From positions 77,325 through 141,324 of the forward strand of contig DAOVJY010000002.1 in NCBI GenBank assembly GCA_030632085.1: DNA of 64,000 bases, given 5' to 3'. This stretch comes from Candidatus Omnitrophota bacterium. GTDB lineage: Bacteria; Omnitrophota; Gorgyraeia; JAGLLT01. This document shows positions 17,191 through 26,559 of this stretch, piece by piece. The translations under genes and the position numbers were made by a program. The number at the start of each line of letters is the position of its first letter. Position 1 is the stretch's first letter. The notes beneath the pieces are model-generated. The model did no database searches. It saw only the letters and a program-made list of their open reading frames with translations, and had not been told where the DNA came from.

Positions 17191-18350
17191 TGAAAAAAAT
17201 AATAGTAATATTTTTTATTTTAAGTTTAATGTTAATTTCAATAAAAGTTGTCTCGGCTCAGGACGCGGATACCATTAAAGATTTTTTAGAACAAGTTTTG
17301 CCTCCGCAGCCGGGCAGAAAGATTGTTTTAAATTCCGCGACAGGGATGTTGACTGTAACAGACACGCCTTCAAATCACAAACTGGTAAGAGAACTCCTTG
17401 GAAAGTGGGATATTGGCCCGAGGCAGATATCAATAGAAGCTAAATTTGTTGAAATTTCTGAAGGTGTTTTAAATGAGTTGGGAATTGAATGGTATGGTAC
17501 CAGAAGCGATACTCAGCATCAGGTTGGTGTTGAAAGGCGAAAAAAGAAGCATAATTTTTATGTAGGCCAAGGACCAACAAGTGGTACAGGTAACGCGCAA
17601 CTAAGACCACCGGTATACGACCAAAGTACATCTGGCGCCTCAGCGGCGACAGATTATAGATATGATTCGTCATGGCCAACACCTCCCTGGAGCGGCACTG
17701 AATGGGGCGCCCCGGCAGATCCCGCGGGTTTGGGATTGTGGGTAGGAAAATCTTACCTTTCAGGTACTGAATTGTACGCGTATTTAAGGGCCCTTGAATC
17801 TGATAATAAAGTAGCTTTATTATCAGCGCCAAGAGTTACCACCTTATCAGGTCAGATGGCTAATATAGAATTAGCAACTACACAGCCATATGCTTCGGAA
17901 GTAAACCTGACAGATACAGGCGCCAGTTCTTTTGGGCATTATCAAACATATGAAATTGAAGAGAAGAAGACGGGTATATTTCTTGAGGTTACTCCCTCTG
18001 TTGCTGAAGGGGGTAATATTGTAACTCTTGATATACATCCGGAAGTTAGTGAAGTTGTCAGAAAAGTACCTTTATCAGATAGTACTCAATTCCCCAGTTA
18101 CTTAGGATGGCCTATTGTTGATATGCGCACAACTCAGACTACGGTTGCCGTAAGAAGCGGCCAAACTATCGTTATTGGCGGCCTTATGCAGGATAGTGAA
18201 GTCATGATAGAGCGTAAGGTACCTATTTTGGGTAGTATTCCAATATTGGGTAACTTATTCAAATATAAGTATGAGGAAAAAGAAAAAACTAACTTAGTAA
18301 TATTTTTAAAAGCGACTATAATTTCCGCCGACGGCAAGGAAGTTAAATAA
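17190..18350 (+). CDS. Short secretin (PilQ/GspD family core), paralog 2
   Basis: Same architecture as paralog 1 (ISIEAKFVEI, LSAPRVTTLSGQMANIEL, VPILGSIPILGNLFKYKYEEKEKTNLVIFLKATII), with a divergent, Gly/Pro/Trp-rich central insertion. Confidence 0.85.
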   Translation: MKKIIVIFFILSLMLISIKVVSAQDADTIKDFLEQVLPPQPGRKIVLNSATGMLTVTDTPSNHKLVRELLGKWDIGPRQISIEAKFVEISEGVLNELGIEWYGTRSDTQHQVGVERRKKKHNFYVGQGPTSGTGNAQLRPPVYDQSTSGASAATDYRYDSSWPTPPWSGTEWGAPADPAGLGLWVGKSYLSGTELYAYLRALESDNKVALLSAPRVTTLSGQMANIELATTQPYASEVNLTDTGASSFGHYQTYEIEEKKTGIFLEVTPSVAEGGNIVTLDIHPEVSEVVRKVPLSDSTQFPSYLGWPIVDMRTTQTTVAVRSGQTIVIGGLMQDSEVMIERKVPILGSIPILGNLFKYKYEEKEKTNLVIFLKATIISADGKEVK

Positions 18351-18661
18351 TGAAAAAAAAGTGCTTGAAGTTTTTAATTTGCTTGTTAATTGTTCATATA
18401 ATTAGCTTTGCGGGAATAGCTGAAAAGGCCGCGGCCGCTGAGGACAACAGCAAAATTAAACTTACAACGTGTGACTTGCATAAGCCTTATATTATTAGAG
18501 GCCTTGTTCATGTAAGAACGGGGCAACCTGACCTTAATAAAATTGATGAAATGTTGATAAAGGAGGCCAAAAAACTTGATGCCGATTGTATTATCGGTGT
18601 CGGTTATATGGAAGCATACGGATATCTTTTTGGTTATGGTACAGCCGTTAAGGTAAAATGA
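18350..18661 (+). CDS. Small secreted protein with a YbjQ/UPF0145-like C-terminal fold
   Basis: Signal peptide MKKKCLKFLICLLIVHIISFAG; C-terminal ADCIIGVGYMEAYGYLFGYGTAVKV resembles the UPF0145 core. Confidence 0.3.
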   Translation: MKKKCLKFLICLLIVHIISFAGIAEKAAAAEDNSKIKLTTCDLHKPYIIRGLVHVRTGQPDLNKIDEMLIKEAKKLDADCIIGVGYMEAYGYLFGYGTAVKVK

Positions 18662-18807
18662 TTCTGCATCGAAATAACTAACCTTTTTAAATCCCAAAAA
18701 ACTTATAAAAGTAGATATTATTTCAACCTCCCTTTTAGATAAATGTTTATATATATTGATGAACCTGAAAGCAACTGGATTAGTTATATAAAGGAGAATT
18801 ATTAATC

Positions 18808-19623
18808 TTGCGGTTTGCTAAAGTAAAGTTAATCATTTTTATTATTTTCCTTTTATTATTTTCAAATTTCAATCTTTGTTATGCTAATGATCATCAAAAA
18901 ATAAGAAAAAATTTACCGCAAGCGCTTCAAAGGATGCACTTTATCATTTATCACAATGACAAGTCTTGCGCTAATAAAGTCAGCTGGAAAGCCGAGTATA
19001 GCTATAAAAGAATAATTAGGCATTTTGGTATAGATGGTTTTCGGCCATGGGAAAAGAAAAATAAGTGCCATATATATTTATTTGAAAACAGGGATGATTA
19101 CATAAGGTTATCGGGAGCTCCTTCGTGGTCAGGTGGTTGCGCGATGGATAATCCTCCGAGATTGTTTATATATAAAGGCGCGCCAAAGCTTATCGAAAAC
19201 ACACTGCCCCATGAAATTACTCATTTGATATTTCATTTATTGATTCCCGGAAAAAGAATACCTTTATGGTTAGATGAAGGCATGGCTCAATATGAAGAGA
19301 AAGACTGGGATACCGGGTATATTAAGGGATATTTAAAAAAACATATTAATGAGGGGATATATATTCACTTTGATGAACTCTTTTCTTTAAAAAATTACCC
19401 AAACGATCAGGAGAAATTAAGTCTTTTTTACGCGGAATCAGCCAGCATTATTGATTACCTCAGGAAGCAGCAAATCGCTTCTTTATATGGAGATTTTATT
19501 TTAAAAATAAGGAACGGAAAAAGTGTCGACCGGGCACTTAAAGAAACATATCACCCAAAGTTTAAAAATGGTATTGTTGATTTAGAAAAATATTGGCTTA
19601 AATATGTCAAAACCAGATACTAA
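18808..19623 (+). CDS. Secreted zinc metallopeptidase, Peptidase_MA-like
   Basis: Signal peptide; HExxH (LPHEITHLIFH) followed by WLDEGMAQYEE, the EGxAxY third-ligand motif. Confidence 0.5.
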   Translation: MRFAKVKLIIFIIFLLLFSNFNLCYANDHQKIRKNLPQALQRMHFIIYHNDKSCANKVSWKAEYSYKRIIRHFGIDGFRPWEKKNKCHIYLFENRDDYIRLSGAPSWSGGCAMDNPPRLFIYKGAPKLIENTLPHEITHLIFHLLIPGKRIPLWLDEGMAQYEEKDWDTGYIKGYLKKHINEGIYIHFDELFSLKNYPNDQEKLSLFYAESASIIDYLRKQQIASLYGDFILKIRNGKSVDRALKETYHPKFKNGIVDLEKYWLKYVKTRY

Positions 19624-22297
19624 AATACATAAGAAAAAAGCTTTTCTAATAGATGGATCATCTTTTTGTTATAGAGCGTATTACGCTATTAAAGCCCTAA
19701 GCAATTCAAGCGGAAGGCCTACTAACGCGATTTATGGTTTTATAATGATGCTTAATAAGATTATCGAAAAGGAGAAGCCTGATTATCTGGCTGTAGCTTT
19801 TGATGTAAAAGCGCCTACCTTCAGACATAAGCAATATGAAGCTTATAAAGCTCATAGGCCTCCAATGCCGGATGAATTAAGTAGTCAGTTGCCGATTATA
19901 AAAGATGTCATGGATGGTTATGGTATACCTATTTATGAATTGGCCGGTTATGAGGGCGAGGATATTATTGCCACAATTACCGAGAAGCTTAAAATGAGTA
20001 ATATAAATGTATTTATTGCCACCGGTGATAAAGACATTATGCAATTAGTTGATGATGAGGTTAAAGTTTATAATACAAATAAAGACGGCCAGATTTTTGA
20101 TATAGCTAAAGTTAAAGAGAGGTTTGGGGTAGAACCAAAAAGAGTAGTTGATATAATGGCGCTTACAGGTGATAAAGTTGATAACGTGCCGGGAGTGCCG
20201 GGGATAGGCCCTAAGACGGCCCTAAATTTAATTAGCAAATATTCATCGGTCGACAATCTTATTAAAAATGCCGATAAGATTAAAAATAAGCGCATCTCAG
20301 AATTAATCATTAAACATAAAGATGATGCTCTATTATCAAGAGAACTAGTTACGATAAACAAAGAAGCTCCACTAAAGATTAAAGTGGAAGATTTAGAAAT
20401 AAAAAAACCGGATTCAAATAAGCTCTTTGAAATATATAAAGAACTGGAGTTCAGAAACCTTTTAAAAATTTTCGCGCCGGAAGTTAAAATTGAGGCCAAG
20501 TATACGATACTTAAAGGACGAAAAGATTTAGAGAAATTAATTATCCAATTAAAGAAACAAAAAATGCTTTCTTTTGATTTTGAAACCAACAGCCCCAATC
20601 CTCATAAGGCGGTGCCTGTGGGAATAGCTTTTAGTTATAAAGAAAATAACGCCTGTTATCTTCCTTTAGTAAGCGGGGATTATATGCCTCAAGGCGGAGT
20701 TAAGATAGAAGATGCCATGAGTTCATTAAAGAATATTTTAGAAGATGAGAGCCTGAAGAAAATTGGGCAGAATATAAAATATGAATATATCATATTAAAA
20801 CGCTATGGTATTAAGCTGGCGGGTATCTATTTTGATACTATGGTAGCTTCGTATGTACTTAACCCCTCCAAGGCTAACCATAATTTAGATGATATCAGCT
20901 TGGAATATCTAGGCCATAAAATGACTTCATATGCTGAATTAGTGAAAAAAGATAAAAAGAAAGAAAACTCCATAACGGAAGTACCTCTTAAGGAGTTGGC
21001 CGACTATGCTTGCGAAGATGCTGATATTACTTATAGGCTTCATAAGGTACTTGAAGATAAACTTAGGAAAATGAGTCTCTGGAAGTTATGCGAAGAAATC
21101 GAGATGCCTCTGATTGAAGTCTTAGCCTCTATGGAAATGAATGGAGTTTCTGTTGATGAGAAGAAGTTGAAAGAGCTTTCAAAAGATATATCCGCGTCAA
21201 TAGTAGAAATTAAAACTAAAATAATTGAGATTGCCGGAATTGAATTCAATTTAAATTCACCCAAACAATTAAGCGAAATCCTTTTTACTAAACTTAAATT
21301 ACCAGTTATCAAAAAGACAAAAACAGGCTCTTCTACAGACGTTGAAGTTTTAAAAAGATTATCAGACGAACATGAATTACCGGGGATGATATTAAAATAC
21401 AGGGAATTAGCTAAAATTAAATCAACATATACCGATGCTTTATGCAACTTGAAAGATCCAAAGACGGGGAAAATACATACTTCTTTTAATCAGACAGTAA
21501 CCCAAACAGGCCGCCTGAGTTCTTCAAGCCCGAATTTACAGAATATTCCGATTAGGAGTGATTTAGGCAAGAGGATAAGAGAAGCGTTTATTCCGTCAGA
21601 AAAAAAATATTTATTTCTTTCAGCTGATTATTCACAAATTGAATTAAGAGTCTTAGCTTATTTATCGCATGATGATGCCCTAAAGAAAGCATTTAAAGAT
21701 AATTTGGATATCCACTCATATACAGCAAGTTTAGTATATGATGTAGATTTAAAGGACGTAACGCCTAAAATGAGAAGCATAGCTAAAACGGTGAATTTTT
21801 CTGTTATATATGGGGTAAGCGCTTTTGGTTTATCAAGGGATTTGCATATTGATATTAAAGAAGCTAAAGAATTTATAGATAATTATTTTAAGAGATATCC
21901 TCAGGTAAAAGTGTATATTGATAAGATGATTGTGGAAGCCGCGGAGAAAGGTTACGTTAAAACACTTTTTGGCAGAAGGCGTTATATTCCTCAGATAAAG
22001 AGTAGTAATATCCAACAGGTAAATTTTGGAAAGAGGATAGCCATCAATATGCCGGTACAGGGAACAGCCAGCGATTTGATAAAGATAGCTATGATTAATA
22101 TTTATCGTAAGCTTATTGATGAAAAGATAAAATCTAAGATGATTTTGCAAATTCATGATGAATTAATTTTTGAAGTATATGACAGCGAGATAGAGAAACT
22201 GAAGAAAATTGTAAAAGACGAAATGGAAAACGTAGTTGAATTAGGTGTTCCAATTCTGGTAGATATAAAAACAGGTAGAAATTGGGCCGAGTGTTAG
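19604..22297 (+). CDS. polA: DNA polymerase I
   Basis: 897 aa with a 5'-3' exonuclease N-domain, a 3'-5' exonuclease domain (FDFETNS) and the polymerase motifs RRRYIP and LQIHDELIFEV. Confidence 0.95.
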   Translation: MSKPDTKIHKKKAFLIDGSSFCYRAYYAIKALSNSSGRPTNAIYGFIMMLNKIIEKEKPDYLAVAFDVKAPTFRHKQYEAYKAHRPPMPDELSSQLPIIKDVMDGYGIPIYELAGYEGEDIIATITEKLKMSNINVFIATGDKDIMQLVDDEVKVYNTNKDGQIFDIAKVKERFGVEPKRVVDIMALTGDKVDNVPGVPGIGPKTALNLISKYSSVDNLIKNADKIKNKRISELIIKHKDDALLSRELVTINKEAPLKIKVEDLEIKKPDSNKLFEIYKELEFRNLLKIFAPEVKIEAKYTILKGRKDLEKLIIQLKKQKMLSFDFETNSPNPHKAVPVGIAFSYKENNACYLPLVSGDYMPQGGVKIEDAMSSLKNILEDESLKKIGQNIKYEYIILKRYGIKLAGIYFDTMVASYVLNPSKANHNLDDISLEYLGHKMTSYAELVKKDKKKENSITEVPLKELADYACEDADITYRLHKVLEDKLRKMSLWKLCEEIEMPLIEVLASMEMNGVSVDEKKLKELSKDISASIVEIKTKIIEIAGIEFNLNSPKQLSEILFTKLKLPVIKKTKTGSSTDVEVLKRLSDEHELPGMILKYRELAKIKSTYTDALCNLKDPKTGKIHTSFNQTVTQTGRLSSSSPNLQNIPIRSDLGKRIREAFIPSEKKYLFLSADYSQIELRVLAYLSHDDALKKAFKDNLDIHSYTASLVYDVDLKDVTPKMRSIAKTVNFSVIYGVSAFGLSRDLHIDIKEAKEFIDNYFKRYPQVKVYIDKMIVEAAEKGYVKTLFGRRRYIPQIKSSNIQQVNFGKRIAINMPVQGTASDLIKIAMINIYRKLIDEKIKSKMILQIHDELIFEVYDSEIEKLKKIVKDEMENVVELGVPILVDIKTGRNWAEC

Positions 22298-22305
22298 AGG
22301 GTGAT

Positions 22306-22899
22306 ATGAAAATTATAGGTATTACGGGTAGTTTTAAAACCGGCAAGACAACGGTTTTGAATATTTTTAAAGATTTAGGTGTTGAGATTATCGACGCTGA
22401 TAAAGTAGCGCATAAACAATTCACCAGCGAAGAAGTTATCGCGGCAATAAGAAATCATTTTCAAGATTCAGCTGAAGTTGTAGAAGGAAATATTATCAAT
22501 AGAAGCAAGTTAGCGCAGATTGTATTTAATAACCAAAGTGAGCTTAAATGGTTAAATAATTTAATTCATCCCTTGGTAGCTAAGGATATTGAAAATTCAT
22601 TGAAAGAAATAAAAAAAAGAAATCCCGAAACTCTGGTGGCAATTGAAATACCGCTTCTTTATGAAGCCGGTATGACATATTTGGTTGATAAAATTGTTGT
22701 TGTTTCGGTTGACCGGCAGACACAGTTGAGAAGAGCTCTGAAAGAGGGGTTTTCCCGTGAAAACGCGCTAAGGAGAATAGAATCTCAATTTGATATCTTA
22801 AAAAAGGAGGAACGCGGAGATTTTGTTATTGATAATAAGAGTAGTTTAGAAAATACCGGAAATCAGGTAGAAAAAATATGGAAAAAAATAAAGGAGTAA
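22306..22899 (+). CDS. coaE: Dephospho-CoA kinase
   Basis: P-loop IGITGSFKTGKTTV with the CoaE fold; start ATG 22306 follows the SD AGAGGG. Confidence 0.85.
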   Translation: MKIIGITGSFKTGKTTVLNIFKDLGVEIIDADKVAHKQFTSEEVIAAIRNHFQDSAEVVEGNIINRSKLAQIVFNNQSELKWLNNLIHPLVAKDIENSLKEIKKRNPETLVAIEIPLLYEAGMTYLVDKIVVVSVDRQTQLRRALKEGFSRENALRRIESQFDILKKEERGDFVIDNKSSLENTGNQVEKIWKKIKE

Positions 22900-22902
22900 A
22901 AC

Positions 22903-24192
22903 ATGGTGACAAAGCAAGTAGGTAATCAAGAACATGAAGTTGATATTGAAAAATTAAAGAAAATGAAGATGACCGAACTAGCTAAATTAGCGCATGAGTT
23001 AAGTATTAACGGGGCTAGCAATCTTAAAAAGCAGGAGTTGATTTATAATGTATTGCGGGCTACCGCCGAAAAAGCGGGTAATATGTTTGGCGAGGGGGTT
23101 TTAGAGGTTCTGCCTGATGGTTTCGGTTTTTTAAGATCACCGAATTATAATTATCTTCCGTGCCCGGATGATATTTATGTTTCACCTTCACAAATAAAGA
23201 AGTTTTCTTTAAAGACCGGTGATGTTGTCAGTGGTCAAATACGTCCGCCAAAAGAAGGAGAAAAGTACTTTGCTCTTTTGAGAGTGGTAGCGGTTGATTT
23301 TGAGGCACCTGAAAAGTCTAAAGATAAAATTCTTTTTGATAATCTTACCCCTCTCTATCCGGAAGAACGCTTTATTTTAGAGACAGGCCCGGAAGAGATA
23401 TCCATGAGGATTATGGATATGCTTACTCCTGTAGGAAAGGGCCAGAGGGGTTTAATTGTAGCTCCTCCTTATAGCGGGAAAACCGTCTTGATGCAGAAAT
23501 TTGCCAATAGTATATCCCAGAATTATCCTGAAGCGGTTATGATAGTGCTGCTAATTGATGAAAGGCCCGAAGAGGTAACTGATATGCAGAGGTCGGTCAA
23601 GGGTGAAGTTATAAGTTCAACCTTTGATGAACCGCCTGCCAGGCATGTACAGGTGGCTGAAATGGTTTTAGAGAAGGCAAAAAGATTAGTTGAAAGAAGA
23701 AAGGATGTTGTGATATTATTAGACAGTGTAACTCGTCTGGCTAGAGCGTATAACTCGGTTGTACCTCACTCGGGAAGGATTCTTTCCGGGGGAGTTGATG
23801 CCGCTTCCATTGAAAAGCCAAAAAGATTTTTTGGGGCAGCCAGGAACATTGAAGAGGGCGGCAGTTTGACTATAATAGCTACAGCTTTAATTGAAACGGG
23901 CTCTCGCATGGATGATGTTATTTTTGAAGAGTTTAAAGGTACGGGTAATATGGAGTTGACTCTGGATAGGAATTTGTTTCAGAGAAGAGTTTATCCGGCA
24001 ATTGACATTAAGCGTTCTAATACAAGAAAAGAAGAGCTGCTTTATGATCCTGAAGAGATTAAGAGAATATGGATTCTGAGAAAAGCCCTTTCGGAGACCA
24101 CCAGCTTGGAAGCAATGGAGCTTCTGATTAAAAAGATACAGAAAACCAAAAGCAACGCGGAATTTTTGTTAACTTTAGATACACTTAACTAA
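22903..24192 (+). CDS. rho: Transcription termination factor Rho
   Basis: N-terminal RNA-binding domain (GFGFLR) and the ATPase domain [15 protein letters not shown]; 429 aa. Confidence 0.95.
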   Translation: MVTKQVGNQEHEVDIEKLKKMKMTELAKLAHELSINGASNLKKQELIYNVLRATAEKAGNMFGEGVLEVLPDGFGFLRSPNYNYLPCPDDIYVSPSQIKKFSLKTGDVVSGQIRPPKEGEKYFALLRVVAVDFEAPEKSKDKILFDNLTPLYPEERFILETGPEEISMRIMDMLTPVGKGQRGLIVAPPYSGKTVLMQKFANSISQNYPEAVMIVLLIDERPEEVTDMQRSVKGEVISSTFDEPPARHVQVAEMVLEKAKRLVERRKDVVILLDSVTRLARAYNSVVPHSGRILSGGVDAASIEKPKRFFGAARNIEEGGSLTIIATALIETGSRMDDVIFEEFKGTGNMELTLDRNLFQRRVYPAIDIKRSNTRKEELLYDPEEIKRIWILRKALSETTSLEAMELLIKKIQKTKSNAEFLLTLDTLN

Positions 24193-24198
24193 AAATAT

Positions 24199-24454
24199 CC
24201 CTTGCTTAAACAAAGGTAAATTCTTTACAACAATTTACCTTTAAGCTTCGGAGTTAATTCGGGCTTATCAGTTATGTTCACACTGCGTGTTCCATAACAG
24301 ATGCCCTTAATAAAAGGAAGTTAATAGACTCCTCGCTTAAACAAAGGTAAATTCTTTACAACAATTTACCTTTAAGCTTCGGAGTTAATTCGGGCTTATC
24401 AGTTATGTTCACACGGTGTGTTCCATAGCAGATGCCCTCATTAAGGAGAATAGA
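24199..24454 (+). repeat. Tandemly duplicated ~125-nt structured leader immediately upstream of rpmE
   Basis: Two copies about 95% identical (24199-24319 and 24330-24452). Each contains a perfect 11-bp hairpin AAAGGTAAATT-N9-AATTTACCTTT. The second copy ends in the rpmE SD. Confidence 0.8.
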
Positions 24455-24658
24455 ATGAAAGATAAACTGCATCCAGGATACAAAGAAACAACGATTACAT
24501 GCGCCTGCGGCAATGTAATGCATACCCGTTCCACTAAAGAAAATATCAGAGTGGAAATTTGCAGTAAGTGCCATCCGTTTTTTACCGGTACGCAAAAGAT
24601 AATTGACTCTGCCGGACGAGTTGAGCGCTTCAATAAAAAATACAACAAGAAAAAGTAA
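24455..24658 (+). CDS. rpmE: 50S ribosomal protein L31, zinc-ribbon (C+) form
   Basis: CACGN...[10 protein letters not shown] motifs; ATG 24455 follows the SD AAGGAG. Confidence 0.9.
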   Translation: MKDKLHPGYKETTITCACGNVMHTRSTKENIRVEICSKCHPFFTGTQKIIDSAGRVERFNKKYNKKK

Positions 24659-24660
24659 TT

Positions 24661-25734
24661 ATGATAAAAAAACTCCAAGAGCTCACCGGCCGCTTTGATG
24701 AGATTGAAAAGCGGATGCTGGACTCCGAGGTTATATCTGATAGCAAAAAGTATCAAGCTTTAGCTAAAGAAAGAGCTAAACTGGAAGCGGTGGTTGCCAG
24801 ATATAAAGAGTTCAAATGTAATGAAAAGGAAATTGATGAATTAAAAAAAATCCTTTCTAATAAAAAGACTGATAAAGATTTTCGTGAGCTTGCCAGGGCT
24901 GAAGTGGATATGCTTCAGAATAAAAACGGCAGCCTTAAAGGCGAGATAGAGAATCTTCTCTTGGAAAAAGAAGAAGGCTTTGATAAGAATATTATTATGG
25001 AAATCAGAGCCGGTACAGGTGGTAATGAGGCCGCCTTATTTGTTTCTGATCTTTTTAAGATGTATGCTAAGTATGCTCAAGCAAAAGATTATAAGGTTGA
25101 AATTATTGATTCTCACCAGACAGCTGAAGGTGGTTTTAAAGAGATAATTTTTTCTATTGAAGGTTCCGGAGCTTATGGAGTTTTTAGGTTTGAAAGCGGT
25201 ACACATCGAGTTCAGAGAGTTCCCGCTACGGAAACTCAGGGAAGAATTCATACTTCCGCGGCTACAGTTGTAGTTTTGTGTGAGGCCAAAGAAGTGGACT
25301 TAAAGATTGACCCTAAGGATTTAAGGATAGAAACCTATCGGTCATCCGGGGCCGGGGGGCAACACGTCAATGTAACCGATTCCGCTGTACGTATTACCCA
25401 TATGCCTAGTAATACTGTGGTAAGTTGCCAGGATGAACGTTCTCAGATAAAAAACCGGGCTAAGGCCATGAAAGTCTTAAGAGCAAAGATACTTGACAAA
25501 TTACAAAAGGACCAGAAGAAAGAAATCTCTCAAAACAGGAAATTACAAGTTGGTACAGGTGACAGGTCGCAAAAAATCAGAACTTATAATTTTCCCGACA
25601 GGCGGGTAACCGATCATAGAATTAATCTTACTTTGCATAAGTTAGAAAGTATACTTTCCGGTGAGTTGGATGAGCTTATTCACGCATTAAACTTAGAGGA
25701 TAGAAAGTTGTCCCTTAAAAATATTTCATCTTAA
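24661..25734 (+). CDS. prfA: Peptide chain release factor 1
   Basis: GGQ motif SGAGGQHVNVTDSAVRITH and the PxT-region fold; 357 aa. Confidence 0.95.
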   Translation: MIKKLQELTGRFDEIEKRMLDSEVISDSKKYQALAKERAKLEAVVARYKEFKCNEKEIDELKKILSNKKTDKDFRELARAEVDMLQNKNGSLKGEIENLLLEKEEGFDKNIIMEIRAGTGGNEAALFVSDLFKMYAKYAQAKDYKVEIIDSHQTAEGGFKEIIFSIEGSGAYGVFRFESGTHRVQRVPATETQGRIHTSAATVVVLCEAKEVDLKIDPKDLRIETYRSSGAGGQHVNVTDSAVRITHMPSNTVVSCQDERSQIKNRAKAMKVLRAKILDKLQKDQKKEISQNRKLQVGTGDRSQKIRTYNFPDRRVTDHRINLTLHKLESILSGELDELIHALNLEDRKLSLKNISS

Positions 25735-25738
25735 AAAA

Positions 25739-26557
25739 ATGAATAGAAAAATTATTATTTTAATTATAGCGGCTTTTATTATAGTCGCTATTACTAACTA
25801 TAAAGTTTTTGCTAATGATGTAATCAGGCAAAATCGTTTGAGCATATTAAATAAGATGAAAAGCACTACGGAAATTGAGCAAGATAGCCGTATTTACAGA
25901 ACACAACATTTTAATGTATTTACAGATGAGAAGAGCATAGAAGCTTATAATATTAACAACACGAAAAAACTTCAAGCGTCTATGTTGCGCATTTGTTATA
26001 TATTGGAAGAGGTTTATGCCGCGTTTGAACTAATGATTGGCGAGGAAACTTATGGGAAATTTGATGTGGCCATTTTGGCACCGGAAATATATATGAAACA
26101 ATACCAAAAATCAGACGCGTATCATATATATTTTACCGGATCAAGAGTTTGGATATGCGTTCCCCATGAAGCAATGACTGACCCCTTGGGGAATTTTAAT
26201 GAAGATATCGGTAGTCTTTATTGGGTTTACATAAATATGTCTTGTTTCGCAAGATGGGGAAGTAATATGACGATGAATGACGTGGATGGATTTAGTAATT
26301 ATTTCAGAGAAGTCGGGCAGAAAACATCCAAATGGTGCAATACTCTTACCGATGAAGAGAGACAACGGATTATTAATGAGATAGATGTAAGTTATACATT
26401 TCTTTTTAAAAGTTACCCCGATATCTTTAAATCTAAAGAAGTAAATAAAGTATATATGCAATGCAGGTGGTGCCATAAAGAAATTGATGTTACCAAAATA
26501 AGAAAAGGCTCCAGGATTAAATGCCCCTATTGCAAAAAGACAATAACGGTTAAATAG
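25739..26557 (+). CDS. Hypothetical membrane-anchored protein with a C-terminal zinc ribbon
   Basis: N-terminal TM helix IIILIIAAFIIVAIT; C-terminal CRWCHKEI...CPYCKKTI. It is inserted between prfA and prmC. Confidence 0.5.
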   Translation: MNRKIIILIIAAFIIVAITNYKVFANDVIRQNRLSILNKMKSTTEIEQDSRIYRTQHFNVFTDEKSIEAYNINNTKKLQASMLRICYILEEVYAAFELMIGEETYGKFDVAILAPEIYMKQYQKSDAYHIYFTGSRVWICVPHEAMTDPLGNFNEDIGSLYWVYINMSCFARWGSNMTMNDVDGFSNYFREVGQKTSKWCNTLTDEERQRIINEIDVSYTFLFKSYPDIFKSKEVNKVYMQCRWCHKEIDVTKIRKGSRIKCPYCKKTITVK

Positions 26558-26559
26558 AA

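Noticed and set aside
20068-21447. Minus-strand ORFs of 100-176 aa inside polA, plus similar antisense ORFs inside carB, pilus genes and others
   Set aside because: They fully overlap strongly supported + strand genes and have low-complexity, Ser/Leu/Ile-rich translations typical of antisense frames in AT-rich DNA.
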